Numbered from the stretch's first letter, positions 26,491-39,912 are shown. The stretch is DNA of 63,894 nucleotides from Octopus bimaculoides (GCF_001194135.2 NC_068997.1:55856337-55920230), one strand, 5' to 3'. Notes: generated by a model from the letters alone, not told the origin. Numbers and translations are program-made.

Positions 26491-27726
26491 TCTGAAGAGC
26501 TGATAAATATTTATTGAATTTGCATTTACCTACACTACATGTTCATAAGTTTGGCTATTAGACATGTGGTAAGCATTCTATTAAAGAAGAGTGGAACCTG
26601 GCCACTACCATATTTCAGCAAACAAAGATTCCATTTTCAGATCAATAATTTATGTATTAAAAAAAGATGATCATTGATTTTCATGGATTATAGCTTTGAG
26701 AATCTGCATCTTCCTTTAAATAGTTGCTTTCTTCCCATATTGTAATAATTCATGCAAAGGCCTCCTATTCAATTTGGCTATAACTAATGATTTTATGTAT
26801 TATAAAAATAAAGTGTTGTATAGTTTGTTTTTAGAACAAAAGAGGGAGACATAATTAGATAAACTGTGTGAGATTCATTATATGAATAATTAAATTAAAT
26901 TATCTTGTAAAAAGTGTAAAATGATTTTTTAATGTTTTAAAAATGTAAAATAGATTTTAAAACAAGTAAAGCATGTTTTAAAATATTTCAAAGAGGAAAA
27001 CAAAATTGAGTGTCTAGAGTAATTAGTTATATTGTTAATAAAGGTGATCGCACTGATAATTATATAAATATTCAAATTACCAAAGACAAGGCAAACACAG
27101 AAATCTGTTAGCAAAAGAGAATGAAGAAAGTAATTTAAGGGCTTAATTTCAGCACTTTTGAAATTTCAGCAATTGTCAGCCAAATCTTATATTAGACATT
27201 TTTTCTTTAGTTTTTAGTTTTAGATTATACTTGAAATATTTTAGTTTTGTTCCAGGTTACAAAAGAGAAGTGTTTAGTTAATGTTAACATATTTGAAGGA
27301 GGGAAAGTAAAGTAATCTATTTAGAACTAATTATGTGGCATGGATAAGACAACATTAACTCACTGAATAATATTATTTTATGACATTTTGACAATTAAAG
27401 GGCAACAACTTAAATTTGTTTCAATGTTATTAGACCTTATCAGCTAAGATACTGAGAGGAGCACTACAGATGAGTAAAATATATTTTTCTAAATTAGATA
27501 AATTCATAAAAACGTATTATTTTCCATTGGTCATGTTTGACCAAATTCCAGCCAATCTTGTCCACACACTTTATTGAGTTTCCTCCTATTTCATTAGTCC
27601 TGGTACTAAAAGTGGTCAGAGACCATTTCATATCTGAGTTCCTCTTCCTAAGTTTATAATTTTAGAACATAGCTATTCTAATCTATAAGTAATATATCAA
27701 AAGGCAATATGTAAGAGAGAGAGAGC

Positions 27727-27762
<36 letters not shown>

Positions 27763-29459
27763 AAGAGAGATAGAGAAAGAGAGATAGAGAAAGAGAGAGA
27801 GAGAGGGGGGAGCGAGAGAGAGGACTGAGCTGGTATCGATTGATGTGATGTGTACAGGGAGAGATGATGACAGTCGAGTAAAGAAGTGAGAAGTGATTCA
27901 AGTGGGAAGAACTAACAGAGGAGGATAACCAAGGGTGACTAGGTCGAAATGGTACAAATGTTTGTCAAGGGGCTGCATGTGACCAAGAAGAACTTATGAG
28001 ATTCCAACATGTGGCAAAATGCTGTCTAACCCATGACGGCATAGAAAAAAGGATTTACAAATGATGATTATTGTGTTGATAGTGATGTGGATAATTACAA
28101 CGATGATGATGATGATGATGATGAGGCAGTGGGGGAGGGTAACTTAGAAAATGATAAGCAAAGCCAAAGGGCAGAAATCCGTTCACACGAAGAGGATTTT
28201 ATCTTTGAGCAGTGGGTTAAGTTTCAGATTTATCATCTGAAGAAATACTCTATCTTCTTTATCTAGTTTTCTGAGGATTGCTGATAAGAAATTTACCAGT
28301 TTAAAGAACAAACAAACAAACAAAAGAATTTAATGAATCAATTTACAGTTTAAAATGTCTTACTAAAGATAAACTTTCAGCCATGATGTCCTCATACCCT
28401 GACGATAATCAATACCACTCATTTTCTTCACAAAACACTGATAAAACAGTTCTTTTGTGAGAATAAAATTAACTTTCAATTAGAAATTAATTCCATTTTA
28501 GTTTGGGTCTTTTTATTTCTTTTTACAACATAAAAAACACAAAAAAACAAACCAACCCAAACATTTAGCGATCCACAATCAAACCAATCACACCTGACTG
28601 GCAAAGTTTTACTGATATTATTTTGAGCTCTCTTTATATTTTGTATAAGACCTGAATTTTTTTTTTGTGATCACATGTAGCAGCACCCTGGTATTTTAAC
28701 CAAATTCCGTGTTTTAAGCAATTTTTTTTTCAGTTCAATAAATACCATTTTAAACTCATCTCATTCCACAAGAAGACAGGATTTATAAAATTTTTATATT
28801 TATGAAGGTTGCTTATTTTAATAAATACATCATTACATTGCTATCACTTCAATCATCAGCAGTTTATTGTAGTTTGTATCAAGTTTTGCAGTGTCGTGCA
28901 ACTTAGTTCTTTGAACACTAAGCTCCAAAATGGTGTGTAGCCTATACACTGGATTTTTGAGATGAAAATCTTGAAAAATCTTGAAAGCCAACCATTTGAG
29001 CTTCAGCCACAGAGCATTAGTAACTCCAAACTCAGTCACTCTCAGTTTCAGCCACAGAGCTTTATTAATCACCAAATCAGTTACTCCTTTTCAAATAGTT
29101 AAAACAGTTTTCTGAGTTAGGTATTATAAATGACGCTTGCTCATGTGGAGAGGAATCTTATTTCACAAAGATTTTACCAGTATTAGAACTGGATCTAAAC
29201 ACTCAAAGTGAACAAAATGCATATCAATGATATGTTAGCTTTCAATTTTTCACAATACATCTTAATAGGGAACTTAGCCAACAAGCGGTAACATTATGGC
29301 ATCATGACTATGAATACAAAGTGCTGTCAAAATAAGAAATTCCAATGTTCCAACAAATGTCCATGCCTTACAGACTCAAAAAAATTTTCGTATTTTTTAT
29401 TTGAAAAACAAAAACAAAAAAAAAATAAAATAATATAAAGTTAATGCAATTTTGAAGGT

Positions 29460-29800
29460 TTGCTTGAAATTTTGCTTATTACAGCAACATTTTGCTTTTG
29501 CATTGCTATGAGAAACTGTTTAAATGTCTCCAATTTTCCCATTTGAGAAATATCTCCGATTTCAATATTCACATTTCAGCATCTCCAATTTCTTTTCCTA
29601 AGTATTATATCTGTTTCCAAACACAAATCAAAATGACGCATAATGTAGATGATACGATACACTATGGTAGTTTCTCATTATATTTACCTGATAGATATGA
29701 AGCCTGAAGTATTCAGAAGAATGATGTTTCCAAGTTATGTCATTCACGTCTTTCCCAAGAGTATTATCAGCTTGAAAGAGATGAAAATGGTTTGAACTAG
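29460..29800 (-). mobile_element. Probable decayed pogo/Tigger DDE fragment
   Basis: KLIILL / LLNTSGFISIR*I**ETTIVYR resembles KILLLLDN / LPPNTTSLIQPLDQGIIxxFKxxYR; many stops. Confidence 0.3.
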
Positions 29801-30959
29801 AAATAGAAATAAGACTGCTAGCTTGCAGAGAACTGGCCACTATTTCACAGCATTCACACTATTTCCAAATAAATGAAAACCAAAATTGACATTTTATTTA
29901 AGAAACTGATATGAGTTATGCCTTCAATATCATCAAGTAAATACAAGGGGAATACATTTGTGTTGAACAGGAAATATAATTTAGAATGATAGGGTTTACT
30001 ATTTAATGAACAAATATTGTGGGGGGAGAATGTATTGTTGCTGGCGAACGATAAATGCAACTATAATAAAGAATATATCTTCAAGTCAAAACAGCTATAA
30101 ATAATATGTAGCCATCATGTGATGGTTATACACAAGCATCACCATCATGCAGGTGATGTTTGTTTCCAGTCTTCTGTGAGAAACTTGGCTGCCCATGGGG
30201 AATTATCTTGCTTGGAAACAGATGAAAGTTGGTGACAAGAAAAGCATCCAGATATAGAAAAAGCTGTCTTCATTTGACACAAAGATGCATGGAAGAGTGG
30301 ATGTTAAATGATGATGACGATGATGATGATATTAGATTAAAAGCCCCTTGGATGCTAAAAGTACTGTGGGATTTGAACTAATTTTCTGTAGCCACAACAA
30401 TTGTGCTGTCAGTTACACTACATAACCTTTAACCTTTCTACAATCCATGAAAATGCTATATTCTTATATGTGAGAAAGTATGTCTGTTTCACATCTTTGA
30501 GAAGATGTGAAATAAGTTATTGAAAAAATGAGTCTCAGACTGGATACAGTTATAAATTATAATATTGTTAAAAACCTCATTTACAATTTAATGTGCTTTC
30601 ATTAAACTAAGATTCCTGCCATACAGAAATTAATTTCATTTGTAATATTTTTTAATTACAAATGACAAGCAGAATACATTTGCATATTTCCGAAGTATGC
30701 CAAATATGTTTTGATGTAGCTCAATGAGGGTGAAATTCTGGAGCCAAGAATATGGCAGCTTTAATTCCTCTTAATATTCCTGTTCCTGAAGTGTCACGAA
30801 ATATGCACATTTGTGATGGGTACAGAATTCCTGCCGGTAGTCTTTGACAGTTTTCCCCATGAAATGTTTTTCTATAGTCATGTTATATCACCTGGCAATG
30901 ATGGCTGCACCAATTTTGAGGTTCACCCTAAAAAAACATTCATCTTCTTTTATTGTTTA

Positions 30960-31340
30960 TCTTTTATTTGTTTCAGTTGTTTGACTGGCCATACTGTAGC
31001 ATCAGGTTGAAGAATTTTTAGTCAAACGAATCAATCCCAGGACTTATTCAAAAAAATCCTGGTACTTATTCTATGTGTCTCTTTTGCTGGACTGCTAAGT
31101 TATAAGGCCAGGAACACACCAACACCGGTTGTCAAGTGGTGGTGGTGGGGACGAACACAGATACATAGACACACACATTTATACAGTGGGCTTCTTTCAG
31201 TTTCTGTTCGCTAAATCCACATGGTTTAGTCTCCCTGAGGCTAAGGTAGAAGTCACTTGTCCAAGGTGCCACGCAATGGGACTGAACTCAGAACCATGTG
31301 GTTGGGAAGCAAGTTTCTTACCACACAGCCACACCTGTGT
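30960..31340 (-). mobile_element. SINE family B
   Basis: Reverse complement of the 32160 family, including GGCTTCTTTCAGTTTC and CACTTGTCCAAGGTGCCACGCAATGGGACTGAAC. Explains ORF 31129-31569. Confidence 0.85.
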
Positions 31341-32159
31341 CTGTATGTATGTATTTTATCAGATAATTTTTTTTAAAGCTAAACTATTTTACAAGATGAG
31401 AGTGCAGGGAAATTTTTGTGAACAAACTCCACTGTGTCTTAAGTTGGCCAATACAGAAATTTCTAGAATGACACTGTTTAATATTGAACTTAGTCAATTT
31501 AGTCTTAAACATAAGAAGCAACAAAGAAATCTACTCCAGCATGGAATTTGTATGTATATAAATGTCTGAACTGTGCAGAATTTTCCTCTCAGTTGATGAC
31601 GCTAGTTAAACCACCCCATTATTTATTTATTGGTGTTTAAGTAATCGATGTACTATAACACTATGTAAATCATCATAGCAGGTTCAATAATGCAAATAAA
31701 CAGAAATAGTTGCGATCAAATAAAATATTAATCAGGAACAAAATACAGAACAGAAACTTGCATTCAGGCAAATGTGTCTGACAATTATCCAAATGAAGCT
31801 GAGTAAAATAAATGATTCTTTATAATATATTGGTCTTGGCATTCTAGGTTAAATTATAGCCAGAATACAATGTAATAAGATTCTTCAAATGTTCTTCTGA
31901 ATTATTATTTGACACTTCATTCTTAACTTGCAGTCTTTGGAGAGCAACAAGCACGAAGGGAAGCAAATGTGACCGTTTGACATTTTTTTAACACATTAGC
32001 TGTTCAAAACTTACCTATTCCTTCAGTCTCACACACTTTAATATCCCCTAGGGATCAGTTATATAATAACTCTACATAAATATAGTTTTTTTTTTTTTTT
32101 GTTAATCTAACTGAAATGAGGTGCAGGATAATGGGATAAATGGAAGCTGTTAAAATTGG

Positions 32160-32354
32160 GTTTTAGGTGGGTGTGTGGTAAGCTGCTTGCTTCCCAATCA
32201 CATGGTCTTGGGTTCAGTCCCACTGATTGACATCTTTGGCAAATGTCATCTACTATAGCCTCGGGCCAACCAAAGCCTTGTGAGGGGATTTGGTAGATAG
32301 AAATTAAAAGAAGTCCATCGTATGTATATGTGTATATATATATATATATGTGTG

Positions 32355-32427
<73 letters not shown>

Positions 32428-32430
32428 TCA
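32160..32430 (+). mobile_element. SINE family B with (TA)n tract
   Basis: GTGTGGTAAGCTGCTTGCTTCCCAATCACATGG...GGTTCAGTCCCACTG...CTACTATAGCCTCGGGCC...AGAAGTCCATCG then (TA)n. Confidence 0.85.
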
Positions 32431-32918
32431 AATCTGGAGAGCCTTTGATTGTGGGTTTTCTTTGTTATCACCCTCATAACTTGTTAATGAAAACAACATA
32501 GTGAGTATGTTGCTCAACTACACTGCTCTGAGTTAATCAGGCTATCTCATACTAGAAATGGCAGCCAAACCTCTCTCTCATCATGTATTCTAAACTTTAA
32601 AAGGAAGGCTAGAGTGTGACAGAGAGACAGAAACAGATGTCTTACTGTAGAGCAGGTACATGGTTACCCAACCAGAGAAAAAGAGAGAGAGGGGGGGGGA
32701 GATGGAGTTAACAAGAAAGAGGGTGGAAATAGGTGTGCTGCTGTAAATGAGATACATGGTTACTTAGCCAGGAGGAAGAGCAAGAGAAGGGAAAGAGAGA
32801 GAGAGAGTGATCAAGAATGAGGGCAGAAACAAATGTGCTGTTGTAGAAGAGATACAGGGTTACCCAGCCACAGAGAAGAGAAAGAGAGCGAGAGAGAGAG
32901 TGGGAGAGAGCAAGTATG

Positions 32919-32963
<45 letters not shown>

Positions 32964-33339
32964 AGAGGAGAGATAGTGGCGAAGTGCCAGGGTAAAATCA
33001 TAAGGAAGGGAGATCAGAGCAGAGATGAGGTGGTAGATTAAGGAAGAGATAGCAAGATAAATGGTGGCAGGTACCAGGGCGTACCCCCAGGGTATGGCGG
33101 TCATAATATACGTGGCAGGGTATTGCCAAGAAGGTGCAAATAGGGAGTGGGGGTGGGAATGCTGTGGCTGGTGAGAAGCTGGGTATGTAGAGGGGGTGAA
33201 GAAAGCAATGATACAGTAAGCAGGGTAGTGAGAGATAATCAAAGTGAACGAAGAGGAAATGGGAGGAAGAGAAGAGATGCAGTTTGGGAGAAGTGATGTT
33301 GTTTGGTTTGATGGGGTGGGGTGTGTGAAAATGTTTTGC

Positions 33340-33610
33340 TCTTCTCTAGAACCTCATGCCACTAGACATCTTGGTCCATTGTCATTTCCTCCATGAGCCC
33401 CAACATCCTGAGATCAGTCCTCACCACTTCATCCCATGTCTTCCTGGGTGTCCCTCTTCCACAGGTACCATCCACTTTCACTGACCAGAACTTCTTTATA
33501 CAGATGTCTTCATTCCTATGCATCACGTGTCCAGACCAACGTACTCTCTTCTCCTGTCCGCTGCATTTGGTTCAAAGGGTTAAACATCAACAATCCCACC
33601 TTTCCATATT
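33340..33610 (-). mobile_element. RTE LINE ORF2 C-terminal fragment
   Basis: Minus strand: RVRWSGHVMHRNEDICIKK...GTCGRGTPRKTWDEVVRTDLRMLGL, the RTE LRWxGHVxRM...GRPRKTW motif. Confidence 0.85.
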
Positions 33611-34954
33611 CTCAAGGTACAAAAACCTAACACACCTATGAGGGGGTCATCCAAAGAATCATTTTCACCAATTCAACTTTACTCAACAGTTCATTTCTTC
33701 TTTGCTTCTCTATGAAAGCTTTGCTTCTCCCATTCAGTTCCCAGTTTTCTGATATCAGTTAATAAAGATTCATATTAGCTACACAATTATGTTTAAGCAA
33801 CTAATGAGCTGATATTAACGATCATTAACAGATTATTACATGGATAACAAGTTCTAGATTCAAAGGAACATCAAAGAATTTGGCAACTCCATGAGTTAGG
33901 AATTTCACATCAAACATAAGCCTAAAGGAATTACTGTCAGGCATTCAGAATATTAATGTAGGCTTTGAACCAAATTTCCTAGTTGATATCATTATTTTCC
34001 TTATTATTATTGTTGTCGTTGTTGCTGTTGTTAGTATCATCATCATCATCATTGTCAACATCGTCGTTGTTGTTATCCTCTTCTTTCTGATTATCATTGT
34101 CGTTGTTGTTATTGAGGCTCGTAGTGTGAAGATGGCTTTTGATTCTCACTTCAAAGTATGACTTATTTTAAGCATTACCCAAGGAAATTCTATTTGGAGT
34201 CCTTTTGAAAGGAACTACACTAGCATAAGGATGAGCTTCTCTGGAAACCCGGGAGGCAGAAACGGAAAAATGGATTTGTTTCTCAAACTTTTAAACTTAT
34301 ATTTATATGCGTCACATTTTCTCATTTGAAATGGCTTCCACACATAATTATGTCACATGAAAGAACACTAAAATAGCGAAGAACAAACAATAAAAAGTGC
34401 AGAACAAGAAAACGATACTGAAGAGCAGAGTGAACAGTTAAAAGAAGAAAATGTCCAAAATATGTAATTTGCAACGACAGTAATAAATTTAATAACCACA
34501 GTTTCAAATATTATGGCGTCTTCACATATAGCAGCTGAAGGAAAACTACACTTCCCTAAATGAAGAGACAGAATTTTTGGACTGAAGAAAAGGAAAGTGA
34601 TGAAAATCAATGACATCAATAATAAGAACAACAAAACTAAGTCTTCAGAGCACCAACAGAAAAAAATCATTGGGGATAGTAGAGAAAATGTCGTTATGTG
34701 TAATAGATGAGCAAATAGCATGTCATGTAACAAATAGGTGAGCAAATACCACATCACCTGATATATCGTACCACACCAATCAAGTAACGAGGAAGAAATA
34801 ATTACAGATATGAGAGGAAAAGGAGGGTGGAAATCACAGGAAAAAAAACAACACAATATAAACAAGGTAAATTGGCAAAGAAGAACAGTTACTTCTAAAG
34901 GGCAACAAAATCTCTCCCCAAGAAAAAGTACAAAGAATAAAGATGAACAATGAG

Positions 34955-35150
34955 GCCAGGGCCACCTGACTGACTCCTCTGCTGGTGGCAAGTAAAATGC
35001 ATCCACTACACTCTTGGAGTGGTTGTCGTTAGGAAGGGCATCCACCTGTAGAAACCTTGCCTGACTAGATTGGGGCCTGGTGCAGCTTTCTGGTTTGACA
35101 GTCCTCAATCAAACTGCCCAGCCTGTGCCAGCATAGAAACTGGATGTTAA

Positions 35151-35186
<36 letters not shown>
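34955..35186 (+). mobile_element. RTE 3' tail ending in (GAT)n
   Basis: CACTACACTCTTGGAGTGGTTG...AGGAAGGGCATCC...GATGTTAAA(TGA)n. Confidence 0.8.
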
Positions 35187-35234
35187 CATACATATATAGA
35201 TACATATGTTATATATATGCAAACTATATACATA

Positions 35235-35273
<39 letters not shown>

Positions 35274-36473
35274 NNNNNNNNNNNNNNNNNNNNNNNNNNN
35301 NNNNNNNNNNNNNNNNNNNNNNNNNNNNNNNNNNNNNNNNNNNNNNNNNNNNNNNNNNNNNNNNNNNNNNNNNNNNNNNNNNNNNNNNNNNNNNNNNNNN
35401 NNNNNNNNNNNNNNNNNNNNNNNNNNNNNNNNNNNNNNNNNNATATATCATAGTGTGTGTGATCACCATTTAGTGTCTGCTTTCCATGCTGGCATGTGTT
35501 GGATGGTAATGAATGAGCAAGGGTGGTTTCTGCTGGGGCATGAAGTGGGGGGGGGATGATAGTAGTGAAGACAAGGGTGTTCATGTACTGATGCACAAGC
35601 TAATGGTGACATCATTTTGAGAATTCAGTGGACATGTAGGGTCTGAAGACACACCTGCATTGATGAACACGAAAGAGAAGAGCTTCTCGTTGAAAGCTCA
35701 TCCAGTAGACAAGACACTGTACATGCAAAACGTATATTTGAAAGAATAAACAAAAACATGCTTTCAACACTGGTTGTTCATATTTCTGAAAGTTTTCAAA
35801 TAAAAGGAGAAATTAAAAATTCGATTTTATTTTATAACCATGATATTATCATTTCCTTTGCCATTTAATTACTTCTAAAATCATATTCAAAATAAATGAA
35901 AATCCACTAACGAATACATTCGATGAATTCAAAAAATAAAAATATTCTGAAGATTATTGGTAATCTCTTGGTGTGTGCATTTTACAGAATAATGTTGAAT
36001 CAGCCTAACTGTCTCATATCACAGGAGTTTGACATGCAATCAATCAAAAAGGTATACCTTTATTGTAATGCTTAAATCTTTGGGTAGAGTTTTTAAGGAG
36101 CCTGTGTATTTTTTCCCTTAATGTAAGGGCTATGAGCATGTGTGTAGTTGAGTGCATGAAGGTTAATAAAATGTATTAATTTTCTTCCTTGGTAGATATA
36201 AAACATTATTGGCAATAATAACTGCTCTGATAGATAGAGACACGATTAATTTCAGTATCAGTCATGTGGCTAAACAAGTGTTTCTCAGTGCAGATGTATG
36301 GACTTGTGGGAGGAACAGATGCCATGGCGACAAGGAAGCAGGCATCAAAGGAGTAAAATTAAATATAAACCATCTCTTGATGATCATGAACGATCATTAT
36401 TTGATAAACATATAACATCACAGAACTCAAAAGGCTGACATATGATATAACGTATCATTCACCTTCTATAATA

Positions 36474-36505
<32 letters not shown>

Positions 36506-37474
36506 NNNNNNNNNNNNNNNNNNNNNNNNNNNNNNNNNNNNNNNNNNNNNNNNNNNNNNNNNNNNNNNNNNNNNNNNNNNNNNNNNNNNNNNNNNNNNNN
36601 NNNNNNNNNNNNNNNNNNNNNNNNNNNNNNNNNNNNNNNNNNNNNNNNNNNNNNNNNNNNNNNNNNNNNNNNNNNNNNNNNNNNNNNNNNNNNNNNNNNN
36701 NNNNNNNNNNNNNNNNNNNNNNNNNNNNNNNNNNNNNNNNNNNNNNNNNNNNNNNNNNNNNNNNNNNNNNNNNNNNNNNNNNNNNNNNNNNNNNNNNNNN
36801 NNNNNNNNNNNNNNNNNNNNNNNNNNNNNNNNNNNNNNNNNNNNNNNNNNNNNNNNNNNNNNNNNNNNNNNNNNNNNNNNNNNNNNNNNNNNNNNNNNNN
36901 NNNNNNNNNNNNNNNNNNNNNNNNNNNNNNNNNNNNNNNNNNNNNNNNNNNNNNNNNNNNNNNNNNNNNNNNNNNNNNNNNNNNNNNNATATATATACAT
37001 ATATATATATATATGTATATATATGTATGTATACATGTATGTATGCATGTATGTATGTATATGGTGCCCCAATGTGACCACAGCTTTAGAGCTGAAGCAA
37101 ATTAAAAAAATTATGTGTGTATATATATATACAAACATGTGTGTATGTATGTATATATGTATTATAGTATATGCATGAGGATTTGTGACCCATTTGTCAT
37201 TGAAACAGTTAGAACCTAGCAAGAAACACTACACCAATACCTCCACCAAATGTGTGTATGTGTTTTCTGTTTGTGCTTGCCTGCAGCATCGTTTGAAAAC
37301 TGGTGATGGTTTGTTTACAACCCTGTAATTTAGTGGATCAGCAAAGAGAAAAGACCAGTCGAATATGTATCAAGCTTTAAAAAAGTTCTAGGTTTAATTT
37401 GTTCTACGAAACCCTTTCATAACTTAAACAGTTAAGAGATAAATGATGAAAAACACACATATATATATATATTT

Positions 37475-37528
<54 letters not shown>

Positions 37529-38117
37529 TGCATGTGTGTGTGTATGCACACATATATATTTATATATCCTTCATTAAAGACAAGACTGATCCAATTTAAT
37601 CTTTTTTATTATAGAATTTTTTGCAATTAATTTGGAAGAATATAGTTCCTAAATCCATATTACTCTACTCCTGATCTTCACACTCTCATTTTCAAGTATT
37701 GTAATAGATTTGGCATCTGTGTTGCTTCTTATATTTCAGTTGACTTTCTGTAGACTTTTATGCGAAAAATAGTTTTCACAATTAGGCTTCCATATCAGCA
37801 GTTTCATGTTTATTTGTTTTGCTGTGGCCAAATTTATTTTGTCTTACAATTATGATCTGATGTTAGTAACTGTATGTTAATCTTCTGATGCTTGTGTTAT
37901 TTGCATGTATATTTTGGCGTTGTGTTGTGTTATGTGTATGGCTTCCGTGATTAATCTATCTCAGTTCTTGAAAATGAAGCTGCAGAAGTCTGCAAATGTT
38001 GGATATAAATTTAGAAACTCTATTGTTCCAAAATAAATTTGATATGAATATATAACAATCTATGATAAAAAGATAAAACTGGATTACAGTTGTGTCTTTA
38101 GAGAAACATGTAAAAAA

Positions 38118-39075
38118 GATCATCATCATCATCGTCGTCGTTTAACGTCTGCTTTCCATGCTAGCATGGGTTGGACGGTTTGACTGAGGACTGGTGAAAC
38201 CAGATGGTTGCACCAGGCTCCAATTTGATCTGGAAGAGTTTCTACAGTTGGATGCCCTTCCTAACGCCAGCCACTCCAAGAGTGTAGTGGGTGCTTTTAC
38301 GTTCCACCAGCATGAGGGCCAGTCAGGCGGTACTGGCAATGGCCACACTCGAATAGTGCTTTTTACGTGCCACCTGCACAGGAGCTAGTCCAGTGGTACT
38401 GGCAACAACCTCGAACGAATGTTTTTTTCATGTGCCACAGGCACAGAAGCCAGTCAGCTGCTCTGGCAGTGATCACACTTGGATGGTGCTCCTAGTGCTC
38501 CACTGGCAGGGGTGCCAGTTATCAAATTTGAATTTACAAATTTGATTTGATTTCGATTTCAATTGCCTCAACAGGTCATCGCATGCAGAGTTTAGTGTCC
38601 AATGAAGGAAAGGTATGCATAAGTGGGCTGATTACACTCCTGGCATAGGCCATGGGTTATGGTCTCACTTGGCTTGCCAGGTCTTCTCACACAATGCATA
38701 TTTCCAAAGGTCTCAGTCACTAGTCATTGCTATGGTGAGGCCTAATGTTCGAAGGTCATGCTGCACCACCTCATTCCAGGTCTTCCTGGGTCTACCTCCC
38801 CACAGACTCCCTAAACTGCTAGGGTGTGGCACTTTTTCACACAGCTATCCTTATCCATTCTCGTCACATGACCATACTAGTGCAGTCGTCTCTCTTGCAC
38901 ACCACATCTGATGCTTCTGAGGTCCAACTTTTCTCTCAAGGTACTTACACTCTGTTGAGTATGCACACTGACATTACACGTCCAGCAGAGCATACTAGCT
39001 TCATTCCTTGTAAGCTTACACATGTCCTCAGCAGTCACGGCCCATGTTTCACTGCCATGTAGCATGGCTGTTTGT
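38118..39075 (-). mobile_element. 5'-truncated RTE LINE (ORF2 end, 3' UTR, (GAT)n tail)
   Basis: ORF 38877-39065 MLHGSETWAVTAEDMCKLTRNEASML...RRL (LYGSETW motif), followed by a decayed GHVxRM segment (reads YGHVTRMDKDSCVKKCH, preceding W lost to a stop) and a frameshifted GRPRKTW region. 3' UTR with tandem units; (CAT)n at 38118 on the plus strand. Confidence 0.92.
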
Positions 39076-39873
39076 ACAGATGCACCGTACAGTCCACCTT
39101 TTACTCTGCTACGAGGTTTAAAATGTCAACTGAAAAAATACCGTATGGGTAATTTTTTGACTTTCGAAAATTTTCAACTTTCTCATTTGAATTTGGTTTT
39201 TACACCTAACATATCTTTTAGTATTATAATGCTGGAACATATTTTGCCTTCATATTTTACATTCGAGTTTTAAGAAAACCTTCAACTGTTTCACAAATTT
39301 AAATTTAAGTGTTTTACTCATTTTTATTCATTTTCACATTTTAATTTTAAATTTATATTTTTTCAAATTTACCTTACACTTGATTATATTATATCAATTT
39401 TCTTGTTTTAATATTCAATGCACCAGGCAGTTTTTAATATATTTGTATGCATATATATGTTATGGTGTATATATCCATCTTGATGTGAACATATGTATCA
39501 TATGTATGTAGAGATATAGAAATATACTTATAAGTTTATTTGTATATTTGTATGCATATCTACTTGTGTCTATACTATTGTATATATGTATGTATTTATG
39601 TAGATATGCATGTCTGTTTTATTTTTGTGTACATTTTTATATGCATGCGTTTGATACTGTTTGGGAGCGCCACCTTTCAAATCCTTTCTCTCTCTCTCTC
39701 TGTCTCTCTCTATCTATCTGTTCTTTCTCTTTTTTCTCTTCAGCTTTCTATTTTTCTTTCCCCCATCACTTCTTTTTCCTCTATTTTTTTCTCCCACCAC
39801 TTATTTTTATGATTTTCTTTTTCTAACTCACAACAACTAAGCTGTACAGTTAGAAATACACACAGAGGCCCAT

Positions 39874-39912
<39 letters not shown>

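Noticed and set aside
29688-29797. Minus-strand exon with strong sites (SNHFHLFQADNTLGKDVNDITWKHHSSEYFRLHIYQ)
   Set aside because: No recognisable host protein and no phase-consistent downstream exon that I could support; other frames resemble a Tigger DDE region. Not excluded without RNA data.
31937-31982. Plus-strand candidate terminal exon FGEQQARREANVTV*
   Set aside because: Isolated and short, with no supporting upstream exons.
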